Positions 28,379-36,829 of a stretch of DNA of 64,000 nucleotides are shown here, piece after piece. The position numbers and the translations under genes are program-made. Numbering within the stretch: the stretch's first letter is position 1; each line of letters starts with the position of its first letter. Source of the DNA: a virus (taxonomy: Duplodnaviria; Caudoviricetes); the IMG/VR virus record IMGVR_UViG_3300017774_006743, positions 1-64,000 of that record. The stretch is one strand, 5' to 3'. Below the pieces are notes generated by a model, which had not been told where the DNA came from, made no database searches, and saw only the letters and a list, made by a program, of their open reading frames with translations.

Positions 28379-28708
28379 ATGATAAACACACAACCATCAC
28401 CTTATCAGGTTGGATTTGCACAGCAACCCACAAGTTCCATGGAGGATCTCAAGAGACAATTTGAGATTCAAAAGAAAGAAGAGAAAGAAACACACAAAGC
28501 TAAACCAATACTACCAAATACTCTTCAAACTATTACAGATCAACTTGGTGATATGTTCGTAAAGTTCATTGACATCCACAACCTCCTTGAATTAGCAAAG
28601 CAAAACACCAAAAAAGTCGGTGAAATTGAAGAAGTACAAAATAAAATCGGGGCGATCAACGAACAAATATTTGATTTAACCAATAGTTTAGATAAAATAT
28701 CAGTATGA
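28379..28708 (+). CDS. Late hypothetical coiled-coil protein
   Basis: 109 aa, TAAATA-N5-ATG. Confidence 0.55.
   Translation: MINTQPSPYQVGFAQQPTSSMEDLKRQFEIQKKEEKETHKAKPILPNTLQTITDQLGDMFVKFIDIHNLLELAKQNTKKVGEIEEVQNKIGAINEQIFDLTNSLDKISV
28671..28698 (+). promoter_or_regulatory. Sigma70-like promoter
   Basis: TTGATT-N16-TAAAAT, 6 nt before ATG 28705. Confidence 0.5.
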
Positions 28709-29148
28709 AACAACTTATCCGATCTATTGCATTAACTCTTCTTGTCAGTGCAGTAGTCGCCACACCATGGTTACCTGATTCTTACTGGAAGGCCATGGCA
28801 GTGATTACAGGGATACAAATATTCGGTGCATGGATTATTAACTCTGTGTTGGAATACCTTAGAAACACAAAAGAACAAGAGGATTATAATAGAACCCTTG
28901 ATATTTTAGCTCAAAACTCAGCAAATATACCATGTCCAAAGTGTTCTGACGTAATGACAGTACCAATCTTCATTGCAGAAGAGAATATAGTTGAGTGTGT
29001 CAAGTGTGGTTGTGAAACAAAGGTGGATGTTACATTAACTCCAATCATGCTTACTAAGATGATTGATAATACAGTGGCCATTGGTGAGATATTTGAGCAA
29101 ATCAATGCGATACCACAAACGGAATCGTCTGACAGTAATAAAAGTTAG
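28705..29148 (+). CDS. Membrane protein with two TM helices and a C-terminal zinc ribbon
   Basis: Two hydrophobic N-terminal segments; CPKC-x14-CVKC. Confidence 0.6.
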   Translation: MKQLIRSIALTLLVSAVVATPWLPDSYWKAMAVITGIQIFGAWIINSVLEYLRNTKEQEDYNRTLDILAQNSANIPCPKCSDVMTVPIFIAEENIVECVKCGCETKVDVTLTPIMLTKMIDNTVAIGEIFEQINAIPQTESSDSNKS

Positions 29149-29156
29149 AAAAAAGA

Positions 29157-29172
29157 GGAAATATCATATAAT
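29157..29172 (+). promoter_or_regulatory. GGAAA-N5-TATAAT motif
   Basis: GGAAA tatca TATAAT, 5 nt before ATG 29178. Confidence 0.55.
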
Positions 29173-29177
29173 TAAGT

Positions 29178-29444
29178 ATGGTAGTTACAAAGAAACTAAA
29201 AACCCACCCGAAAATTCAGGTAAAGTTAAAAGACAAAACAGAAGAGATGTCTGTGGAAACGTTTGCCCGGTGGATGTGTCTAATAGAGGCAATTGATTGT
29301 ATTCAAAGAAAGTGTGAAGACGATAATATTAACATCGAAAAGATAGATTGGGTCAAACCAATTGCTATTCAACATTATATTAATGAAAGATTCCACTCAA
29401 TGGTGCATGATGTTACTGTTGAACATCGATTGGGTAACATTTAA
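29178..29444 (+). CDS. Hypothetical protein
   Basis: 88 aa with a promoter motif upstream. Confidence 0.55.
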   Translation: MVVTKKLKTHPKIQVKLKDKTEEMSVETFARWMCLIEAIDCIQRKCEDDNINIEKIDWVKPIAIQHYINERFHSMVHDVTVEHRLGNI

Positions 29445-30415
29445 TTACAGGCAGACAAGCCTGTAACAAAGCCGTCAAGGACGGTATATGTGATATTATC
29501 ATACACAAATCCCCCGGTGTAAAGGATTGATAATAAATTGTCAATATATAGAGGCCCATCAGTTAAATCTCCTGAACTTGGACCAAATAATGTGGTTGTA
29601 TTGATCTGATCACAATCAATAAAAACAATATAAGTTATAACAGCAGTTATGTATTTTGGTACATCCGGAATTGATGCTGATACTGTATAATATTGCGTAG
29701 GGAGTAAGCAATCCATGCAAAGATCAGTCACAATTGGAGTAAATGCAGTTGTTGTATATGTTGGAACAGTTGAAACACCTTCATGGAGTGGCTGACGCAA
29801 GTAAAGAACAGATTCTTTCCACCCAAATGTTGTTGATACTGGGGTGGTAAATGAATAACCAACATAGAACGCTGAAGAATCAACAACACTTAAATTTACA
29901 TTAACTGAAGTAAGTGGGATATATGAAGATACATCACTTGATCGCCAATCGATATACAGCGTGCGACCAACGTTACCAAGTCTGAATCGCAGAGTTTGGT
30001 AGTTTTCTGTGAATGAAAGTAGATCAAGGGAGCTAGCTAAAGCAGAGAGTGGGGCTGAGTAAATTAAGTTAAAGTCTGGAAACCCCCCACGTACCACAAG
30101 CATATTAGCTTGTCGAGCGGATAATGCGATGCCATCCCTTCTAGAAGCATCCGGATAAGTAAATGTTGTTGCAAACAACCCGGTTGTATCAAACCCAACA
30201 CATACTTTTGCCCCAGATAATCCGGTTTGGCCACTATAACCAACATCAATTCCTGTCCCTGGAGATGTGAATGTTGTTCTATCCGTTAAAAAGGTTGTCC
30301 ACCCCCCGGAACTGTTGGTGTTTCCAGATAATAAAAACTGTACTGACCAAGTTATATCATAATTCGGATTAAAATCATGATTGTATAAGATAGTCGATGT
30401 GCGTGGAGCTGCCAT
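29441..30415 (-). CDS. Virion protein with lectin/concanavalin-like beta-sandwich
   Basis: S/T/aromatic-rich; VGFDTTG and YVGYSFTT strands; TAAATA-N7-ATG (30423-30428). Confidence 0.5.
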   Translation of the reverse strand: MAAPRTSTILYNHDFNPNYDITWSVQFLLSGNTNSSGGWTTFLTDRTTFTSPGTGIDVGYSGQTGLSGAKVCVGFDTTGLFATTFTYPDASRRDGIALSARQANMLVVRGGFPDFNLIYSAPLSALASSLDLLSFTENYQTLRFRLGNVGRTLYIDWRSSDVSSYIPLTSVNVNLSVVDSSAFYVGYSFTTPVSTTFGWKESVLYLRQPLHEGVSTVPTYTTTAFTPIVTDLCMDCLLPTQYYTVSASIPDVPKYITAVITYIVFIDCDQINTTTLFGPSSGDLTDGPLYIDNLLSILYTGGFVYDNITYTVLDGFVTGLSACN

Positions 30416-30450
30416 GTAAGACTATTTAATCCCTATAATTATATACCACA

Positions 30451-30705
30451 TTATTGGGTGGTGGAACACCAATCTTTAAACGCTTCATATCTTTCAGCAT
30501 CATAAGATATATCCACAATCTCATCTTGTTTCCCATCAAAGGCGTATTCAATATCAACCAATTTTGAATAGATATCAACAAGAGGTTTAAGATCTAGGAT
30601 ATTATCATGGAATTCATTCTGCCAATGCTTATCAATAAATTCCCGAAGTGTTATAACATCTCGAAGTGTTATATTATCAAATTCCATTATGGTATCATTA
30701 CTCAT
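30451..30705 (-). CDS. Hypothetical acidic protein
   Basis: ATG 30705 preferred over TTG 30738. Confidence 0.5.
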   Translation of the reverse strand: MSNDTIMEFDNITLRDVITLREFIDKHWQNEFHDNILDLKPLVDIYSKLVDIEYAFDGKQDEIVDISYDAERYEAFKDWCSTTQ

Positions 30706-30749
30706 GTATTGATTTATTGTTATAATACGGGTAATCAATAAATATTAGT

Positions 30750-30974
30750 ATGGATGTTATTGGTTTAATTAAAGAAGCTCTAAAACTATTCGGTCAACTG
30801 TTTAGGTTTTATAAAGAGAAGCAAGAAAAGAAGGAAGTAGAAGATACAAAGAAGGAGCGAATAAAAGAGCTTCAGGATATTGTTGATAACCAATCTGAAA
30901 CTGAAAGACAAATTAACAAAGGAGAAATTGATGAGCTTAATAAGAAATTTGGCTGGGATCCTTCTAATAAGTAG
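30750..30974 (+). CDS. Possible inner-membrane spanin partner (Rz-like)
   Basis: TAAATA-N5-ATG; amphipathic N-terminus, charged coiled coil; overlaps a lipoprotein gene. Confidence 0.35.
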   Translation: MDVIGLIKEALKLFGQLFRFYKEKQEKKEVEDTKKERIKELQDIVDNQSETERQINKGEIDELNKKFGWDPSNK

Positions 30975-31188
30975 TCTAGTATCCTGTACAACTACTGTTG
31001 AGTATGTGAAGATTCAACATCCCGCGATGCCCATTGAACCAGAATGGATAAAGTTCTCAAAACAACCAATAATTGAGAAGATTGCGGATACTTTTATTGT
31101 GACCGATCAGTTTGTTGAAAAAGCAGCACAGCAGAACGAATATGTTCAGCGTGTTCGTAAGTGGAAAGCTATTAATTCTGTCCCTTAA
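30931..31188 (+). CDS. Outer-membrane lipoprotein, o-spanin (Rz1-like) candidate
   Basis: MSLIRNLAGILLISSLVS-C lipobox, Pro-rich after Cys; AGGAG upstream; starts inside the upstream gene. Confidence 0.6.
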   Translation: MSLIRNLAGILLISSLVSCTTTVEYVKIQHPAMPIEPEWIKFSKQPIIEKIADTFIVTDQFVEKAAQQNEYVQRVRKWKAINSVP

Positions 31189-31204
31189 TATTAAAGGACA
31201 TCCA

Positions 31205-32089
31205 CTAAACTACCACATCCACTAATCTACCTTTAATATATAAATTTAGCCCCTGAACTGGTATAAGAGTGTTTATGTATGTTACATTTAAATATATCCG
31301 TTCTCCCCTACTAATACCAACTGGTAAACCAAATGTCTCAAACGTCGATGTCTGGTTATCACCCATAGTCAGCGTTGATCTTAAGGTGTTAGCTACATAG
31401 ACATTAACCTCTATTTCACCATTACCAAAACCATCAATGGGTGGGCGTCTTGCTGTTAATATAACTTCATCAATATAAAAATCGCTAAAGTATGATACAA
31501 ACGACCCAGTACTAAGAGTAGGGTTATATGACCCATTTGTACCGGTCAGTACATTACCAGATATACTATATATTAATGCATAGTGTGGTATTGAAGAAGA
31601 GTATGTATATGCTGTGTCCCAGCTAGCTGATTTACTATTAACAGTAGAATATACATTGTTTGCTTTTGCAGATATTGATGTTGTTACAGCATATCCTGCT
31701 CCATGCGCCGCAGAAGTAGAACGAACTAAAGAATACAGGCTATTATAAGAAACAACATTAATATTTGTACTAATCGATACCCAATCTGTAACGATTGTAC
31801 CAACCCCTGTTTGAATGTAGTAGAGCGTACTTGCCGCTGAATCATAAGCTATATCACCCACAACCCCGGGGACTGTTGGTAATGAAGTGAGGTTAGTTGT
31901 ATAGCCAAGAAATTTATTTCCAACAACGTTTCCACCGACTGTGGACCCATCACCAATATATAGTCGTTTTGTATCAACAGTATATCCAGGTTCCCCTTCT
32001 GATAATGTTGTTCTAATTCTATCAGAGTTTGACCCTTTCCGAACTATTAATTTTATGAGAGAATTATCGAAAATTTCTAATTTAGCCAT
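31205..32089 (-). CDS. Tail fibre protein with Mtd-N-like N-terminal domain
   Basis: IVRKG..R...LSEGEPGYTVDTKRLYIGDG; start reassigned to ATG 32089, 8 nt after TAAATA (32098-32103). Confidence 0.65.
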   Translation of the reverse strand: MAKLEIFDNSLIKLIVRKGSNSDRIRTTLSEGEPGYTVDTKRLYIGDGSTVGGNVVGNKFLGYTTNLTSLPTVPGVVGDIAYDSAASTLYYIQTGVGTIVTDWVSISTNINVVSYNSLYSLVRSTSAAHGAGYAVTTSISAKANNVYSTVNSKSASWDTAYTYSSSIPHYALIYSISGNVLTGTNGSYNPTLSTGSFVSYFSDFYIDEVILTARRPPIDGFGNGEIEVNVYVANTLRSTLTMGDNQTSTFETFGLPVGISRGERIYLNVTYINTLIPVQGLNLYIKGRLVDVVV

Positions 32090-32108
32090 TATATGGTTAT
32101 TTAGTTGA

Positions 32109-33077
32109 TTAATATGTGAATATAGGAATCGCAATCCGCTTTCCAAGTAACCCATCCCCGGATATACTTCTATTGAGAGTTATGAATCCAGCTGAGGATA
32201 GTTGTACAGCCGCTGTTGTTGTTGTATTAATAGCACAAAGCACTATAGTTGTTGTTTGGTTTACACCACTTCGAGAAAGGCGACCACCAAATGCTGCACT
32301 AAGTGATGAATTACCACTGAATACACTTAAATTATCTTTGAATGTGGTGTTTCTTGCATTATAATTTCCATAATCTATACTAAAGAAAGAGTGTTCAATA
32401 CCGATACCTGTAGTTGGAAGGGTAAAGTTTGACATTCCAAGAGTTGTTCCATCAGATACATCAAAATACATCTCATCGACGTTAAATAGAAGCCGAGCAT
32501 TTGGAAGAGTCTGTTGTTTGACAGTTACTTTATTACCAGTGTAATCTAGATAGTTTGTATCAATGTTAGTTGCTAGCCCTGTATTTGATGCGGTTAATCC
32601 AAGTCCGACCGTTGATGGTGCCGCCGCAGATAGATATAACGTTTTTGTTGATATTTTACCCCCAATTTCTTGGATTGTTACATTATCTACAATTGCTTGT
32701 GATATTCCTGCTGTTAACCCCTGAATAAGCACTGTTAGCCGATTAGATCCATCATATCTAATAGTAGAATTGTCGATTTGAGGAGATATTTGAACCCACC
32801 CCGATGATACGGTTGGGTCTTGACCAGATAATTGATAAAGTAATGAATTTTCAAGAACTATATCTCCGGTAACAGCACCTGTGATCCCGGTTTTTGTTGT
32901 TGTTGGTGGAAAAGACTTATTACCAACAACAACACCTCCACTAGTTGCAGAATCACCAACAAAAACACGCTTTGTATCAGTTGTATATCCTAATTCCCCC
33001 TGATCGAGAACAATTGTTCTTCTTTGTGTATCAGTACCACGACGTACTTTTAATTTAATGAGGTCTATGTTAGGCAT
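32109..33077 (-). CDS. Tail fibre protein with Mtd-N-like N-terminal domain (paralogue)
   Basis: KVRRGTD..R...LDQGELGYTTDTKRVFVGD. Confidence 0.65.
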   Translation of the reverse strand: MPNIDLIKLKVRRGTDTQRRTIVLDQGELGYTTDTKRVFVGDSATSGGVVVGNKSFPPTTTKTGITGAVTGDIVLENSLLYQLSGQDPTVSSGWVQISPQIDNSTIRYDGSNRLTVLIQGLTAGISQAIVDNVTIQEIGGKISTKTLYLSAAAPSTVGLGLTASNTGLATNIDTNYLDYTGNKVTVKQQTLPNARLLFNVDEMYFDVSDGTTLGMSNFTLPTTGIGIEHSFFSIDYGNYNARNTTFKDNLSVFSGNSSLSAAFGGRLSRSGVNQTTTIVLCAINTTTTAAVQLSSAGFITLNRSISGDGLLGKRIAIPIFTY

Positions 33078-33559
33078 TACAGTTTATTTAATCCTTGAAA
33101 TTGTTCTTCTTTTTCTCGAATTGTATTAACATATTCAAAGTTGGGATTTGTTTGAAATTTTTCTTTATCAGCAGCGTAGGAATCAGTTATATTTGTTATT
33201 ACCTTCTCCATTCTCTTTAAATCTTCATCATCGACGATCTTTAACAGAGCTTTCCGGATGATATTGAGCTGGTCATGAATGTCATACCCCTGTCTTATGA
33301 TTTTATCTGTACAAATCCGCTTTTGTTCTGTCTCGTATATAGTAATCTTTGTATCATAGTGTTCTTGCTGGGAGAGAAAGACGTTATAATCCATGGAATC
33401 ATAAGATACTAGCTTTCCTGTATGTACATCTCCAATCCACACACATCTCTCTGGGGGTCCTGGGAGGGTCATGATATCTTTCTCGATATAACCAGATAGG
33501 CCGAACGAATCATCAGTAAGGCAAAGGTATTTTCCTGTGTTGTCAAAAATTGCTTTCAT
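33077..33559 (-). CDS. Hypothetical protein in the tail fibre cluster
   Basis: 160 aa, translationally coupled on both sides. Confidence 0.55.
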   Translation of the reverse strand: MKAIFDNTGKYLCLTDDSFGLSGYIEKDIMTLPGPPERCVWIGDVHTGKLVSYDSMDYNVFLSQQEHYDTKITIYETEQKRICTDKIIRQGYDIHDQLNIIRKALLKIVDDEDLKRMEKVITNITDSYAADKEKFQTNPNFEYVNTIREKEEQFQGLNKL

Positions 33560-34023
33560 TTTCCAATTACTAAACTATATCTTTGTTCTTTCACGGGGTT
33601 AATCCAATGCCATGCAAGGGGATCAAAGATAATCTCTTGTCCAGCATGGTCTAAAATGTGAATAAATGTATCTCCCGACTCAATACACAACCCATCCACT
33701 TGGGAAGATGTGAGATTAAACAATCTCAGCTGTGACACATAGTTATCCTTGTGTGGAAGTATGAAATCACCAGGGTCATACCGTTGTATCTGTATAAATG
33801 AGTAGTTAAACTCATTTTCTGGTACATTTTTGAGGACCATCTCCTTCAATTCTTTAGGCATGTTATTGTCTGATAACGTTTTAAATCGGGAACGACCAAT
33901 AAAGTTTACAAAAGGTGTTTCTGAATAACGACATGTAAACTTTAGTTGGTTTCCTTTGATAAAATTCAGGATATCACTGCTATTAGCAATTACATCTTGT
34001 TTTAATTCAGCCACAGTAGTCAT
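33556..34023 (-). CDS. 2OG-Fe(II) oxygenase
   Basis: QRYDPGDFILPHKD (HxD)..WHWINPV (H)..RYSLV (R-x-S). Confidence 0.82.
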   Translation of the reverse strand: MTTVAELKQDVIANSSDILNFIKGNQLKFTCRYSETPFVNFIGRSRFKTLSDNNMPKELKEMVLKNVPENEFNYSFIQIQRYDPGDFILPHKDNYVSQLRLFNLTSSQVDGLCIESGDTFIHILDHAGQEIIFDPLAWHWINPVKEQRYSLVIGK

Positions 34024-34062
34024 GACATTATTAAGTCATGTATTTGGGATTATCAAATATTT

Positions 34063-34884
34063 TTAGGTAACATTTTGATCTACATACGTGTTGTATAGCT
34101 CACCAGCAATTTGCTCCCCAGCCCCTAATTGATTTACATAAGTTACCCAGCTACTACCATCAAAATAGTATTTCTCAACCTCATATCTTAGATTAGCAGA
34201 TACAACAACATTTTGGGAATAACTAATCACTGCAAACACACCCCTATTTCCATAATGTCTTATCCCAACAACCTTTAGAGTATCACCAGCTATCCTATCT
34301 TGATAATAAGCCCCGGGGTATGTGTTGAGAGTGGTAGCAGTTATTGGCATATAAGTATCAACATTTATGGTTGTATTTAACTCACAAAAGATCACTCTAT
34401 CTTTTGTGACCCTAAGCAATGCTCTTGTAAAAGGTACGAGCTGAAGTGTATTATTTGCCCCAAGCACCATAACAGATGAAAGAGGTGATACAACAGCTGT
34501 TGTTGGATAGGTATATCCCCCGGCTGTTAGTGTTTGTGTTGATAGAGCCTGTACAGCAGCACCAATAATTGGTTGTGAATCATATGTAGTGGTTTTCTGA
34601 CGAATAAAATCAGAGTTTGGATCGTAACTCCAATGCATTCTTGAATCAATAATGTTACGAATTTCAGCACCACTGAGATATAGTGTACCACATGCTGACA
34701 GATTACAGTAAACACTCATGCCAGAACCTTTCTTCCCAATTGCAATTGAGGTTTCATGACCAACGCCATCATACAACATCACCACTTCACCATTTAATCC
34801 GGTACCTGATAGTTGGGACCCCTGAGAGTGTATAACACCCTGGTAGGTTTCAGCAATATATTCGTCTGTGAGTGTAATAGGCAT
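34063..34884 (-). CDS. Virion structural protein
   Basis: TAAATA-N6-ATG (34891-34896); beta-rich. Confidence 0.5.
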   Translation of the reverse strand: MPITLTDEYIAETYQGVIHSQGSQLSGTGLNGEVVMLYDGVGHETSIAIGKKGSGMSVYCNLSACGTLYLSGAEIRNIIDSRMHWSYDPNSDFIRQKTTTYDSQPIIGAAVQALSTQTLTAGGYTYPTTAVVSPLSSVMVLGANNTLQLVPFTRALLRVTKDRVIFCELNTTINVDTYMPITATTLNTYPGAYYQDRIAGDTLKVVGIRHYGNRGVFAVISYSQNVVVSANLRYEVEKYYFDGSSWVTYVNQLGAGEQIAGELYNTYVDQNVT

Positions 34885-34900
34885 TTAAGATATTTAGGGT

Positions 34901-36829
34901 TTAGTCTAATATTAACAAACTATTATTAAATCTTGGTGATGGAATTAGCTTATTCGAATCAGGACCTGTGAAGCTTAGCATTTCTGTTTGTAAATTATGG
35001 ATAATACCAAGAGATCTATTAATTGAAAGGGGTGTTATGGGTTCATTTTCATGAACATACACATTTTCCATATCAATATCACTAAATTGTTCTTGAATAT
35101 AGTTGTATCCTCTTATTCTAAATACCCCCGCATCATTTGTCTCTTCAAGAGTATCAACTTGGTCAAAATCATTATTAAACTGACCTCGAAGGTTCTGATA
35201 GAGTATGATCATGTCTCGCAACACTTTATAAATTTCTTTATTAATGTTTGATGCTTGGACATAATCATATGCGTTTAGTTCAACAGATTCTATACCATAA
35301 TTTTCGTAATTCTCACAGAGCAACACTCTATCATACTCATTTGGTTCCAAACAACCATAAAATCTTCCTCGTTTTGATATGAATATCATATCCCCATCTT
35401 TTAAAGACGAATTCAACGACATCCCCTTGAAATCCATCCGGTTTGATTCATCACCGCCATGATTCCAGGTGAAGTTTGATTGTCCAAACTTTATTTGGCA
35501 ATAATTCCATATTGGTCTCTTAATTAGAAACATTCTATCATATGAAAATCTTCCAATAGTCTTCGTTGGATCATTTGCTGTCTTCTTGTATACATGTTTG
35601 TTTGTGACAATATAGAAAATATTAGATTCATTTTCACTAAACAGAATTCTCTTAAATTGCTTATCAGGGTCCCACAGAATATCTAAAGCAACCTTGGAAA
35701 GAACACGATGTTGGTCGTTACTATCCATGACATACATATAATACACTTCGTCTTTTGATGTTATGCAATAGAAGTTCTCTGTAAAATTATTATAACCAAT
35801 ACATAGTACTGTTTCTTTAAATGAATTAACGCGACGGAATGTAGATATGTGGTTAAAATTTGTATCAAACTTCTTAAAGAAAGTATTTCCACTATCCCAC
35901 ACATAAATTGCTGATCCTCCTGGAGCTAACAATGTTGGTGTATTGAATTTAGTTTTATTTCGACCAGTCCCACGACCCCCAATAGATTCAACAAGGATTC
36001 GTTGGTTTGTATTAGATTGTGATACTAATAACCGAGATACATCGTACTTATGGATGAGATCATTCCCAGAGTCACAGACAAACATATGCTTTCCAACACG
36101 ACATGTATCGGTAATGTTAGAATATTCGAAATCATTATTGAAATCATCAACATATGTAGTTTGAATTGATATATCAAAAGCTCTTTGATCAAAATCCCCA
36201 GTTAAAGCAACAAAAGTTGTTGGTGTACATCCAATTATGGTAAAAGACTGCTCATCTGGTGATAAAATGCTTTCAATTGATATAATACTATCAAGAACCC
36301 CATACTTTTCAGATGTAAACATCTGAATTGGTGCTTCCCCATTTGGTCTATCAACAAAAGTGGTATCAAAGTTATATGTTTCAACAAACGCTGGGGGTAT
36401 CCACGTTGGGGCTGTGCTAAGAGCATTGGTAAGACCACTATAGAATAAGACATTCTCTGGAATAACACCCTTTGGTGCTATCAATTTTGAATAAAGGTAT
36501 GTCGTATTATCATAAATCTTCTTGAGCTTGCTGTTTATTACCTGGGATGTTACATATTCATTAGGTTGTATCAATATATCATTGAGATTATTTGGTATTT
36601 CTGGGTTATCACGCCCAGTTCTATCAAAAAATAAAGAAGAATTGATGATATCGGTCCGGAATGAAGGCTTTTCCACCAATACTTGCGTTGTTTCATCCGC
36701 AACATATGCATTATACACCCCATTATCTTCATAAACGGTATACTTCCCTGTGTAATCTTGACCAGATAAGGTAAAACTATCACCTGTTGTGTATCCAAAT
36801 TTAATTTTATTCATCTTTATAGTATTCAA
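34901..36829 (-). CDS. Baseplate/tail protein with NHL-like beta-propeller segments
   Basis: MFVCDSGNDLIHKY, FNTP, IYVWDSGN..KKFD. Confidence 0.55.
   Translation of the reverse strand: MNTIKMNKIKFGYTTGDSFTLSGQDYTGKYTVYEDNGVYNAYVADETTQVLVEKPSFRTDIINSSLFFDRTGRDNPEIPNNLNDILIQPNEYVTSQVINSKLKKIYDNTTYLYSKLIAPKGVIPENVLFYSGLTNALSTAPTWIPPAFVETYNFDTTFVDRPNGEAPIQMFTSEKYGVLDSIISIESILSPDEQSFTIIGCTPTTFVALTGDFDQRAFDISIQTTYVDDFNNDFEYSNITDTCRVGKHMFVCDSGNDLIHKYDVSRLLVSQSNTNQRILVESIGGRGTGRNKTKFNTPTLLAPGGSAIYVWDSGNTFFKKFDTNFNHISTFRRVNSFKETVLCIGYNNFTENFYCITSKDEVYYMYVMDSNDQHRVLSKVALDILWDPDKQFKRILFSENESNIFYIVTNKHVYKKTANDPTKTIGRFSYDRMFLIKRPIWNYCQIKFGQSNFTWNHGGDESNRMDFKGMSLNSSLKDGDMIFISKRGRFYGCLEPNEYDRVLLCENYENYGIESVELNAYDYVQASNINKEIYKVLRDMIILYQNLRGQFNNDFDQVDTLEETNDAGVFRIRGYNYIQEQFSDIDMENVYVHENEPITPLSINRSLGIIHNLQTEMLSFTGPDSNKLIPSPRFNNSLLILD

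Noticed and set aside
31205-33077. Diversity-generating retroelement suggested by the Mtd-N domains
   Set aside because: No reverse transcriptase and no template/variable repeat pair differing at adenines seen in the window.
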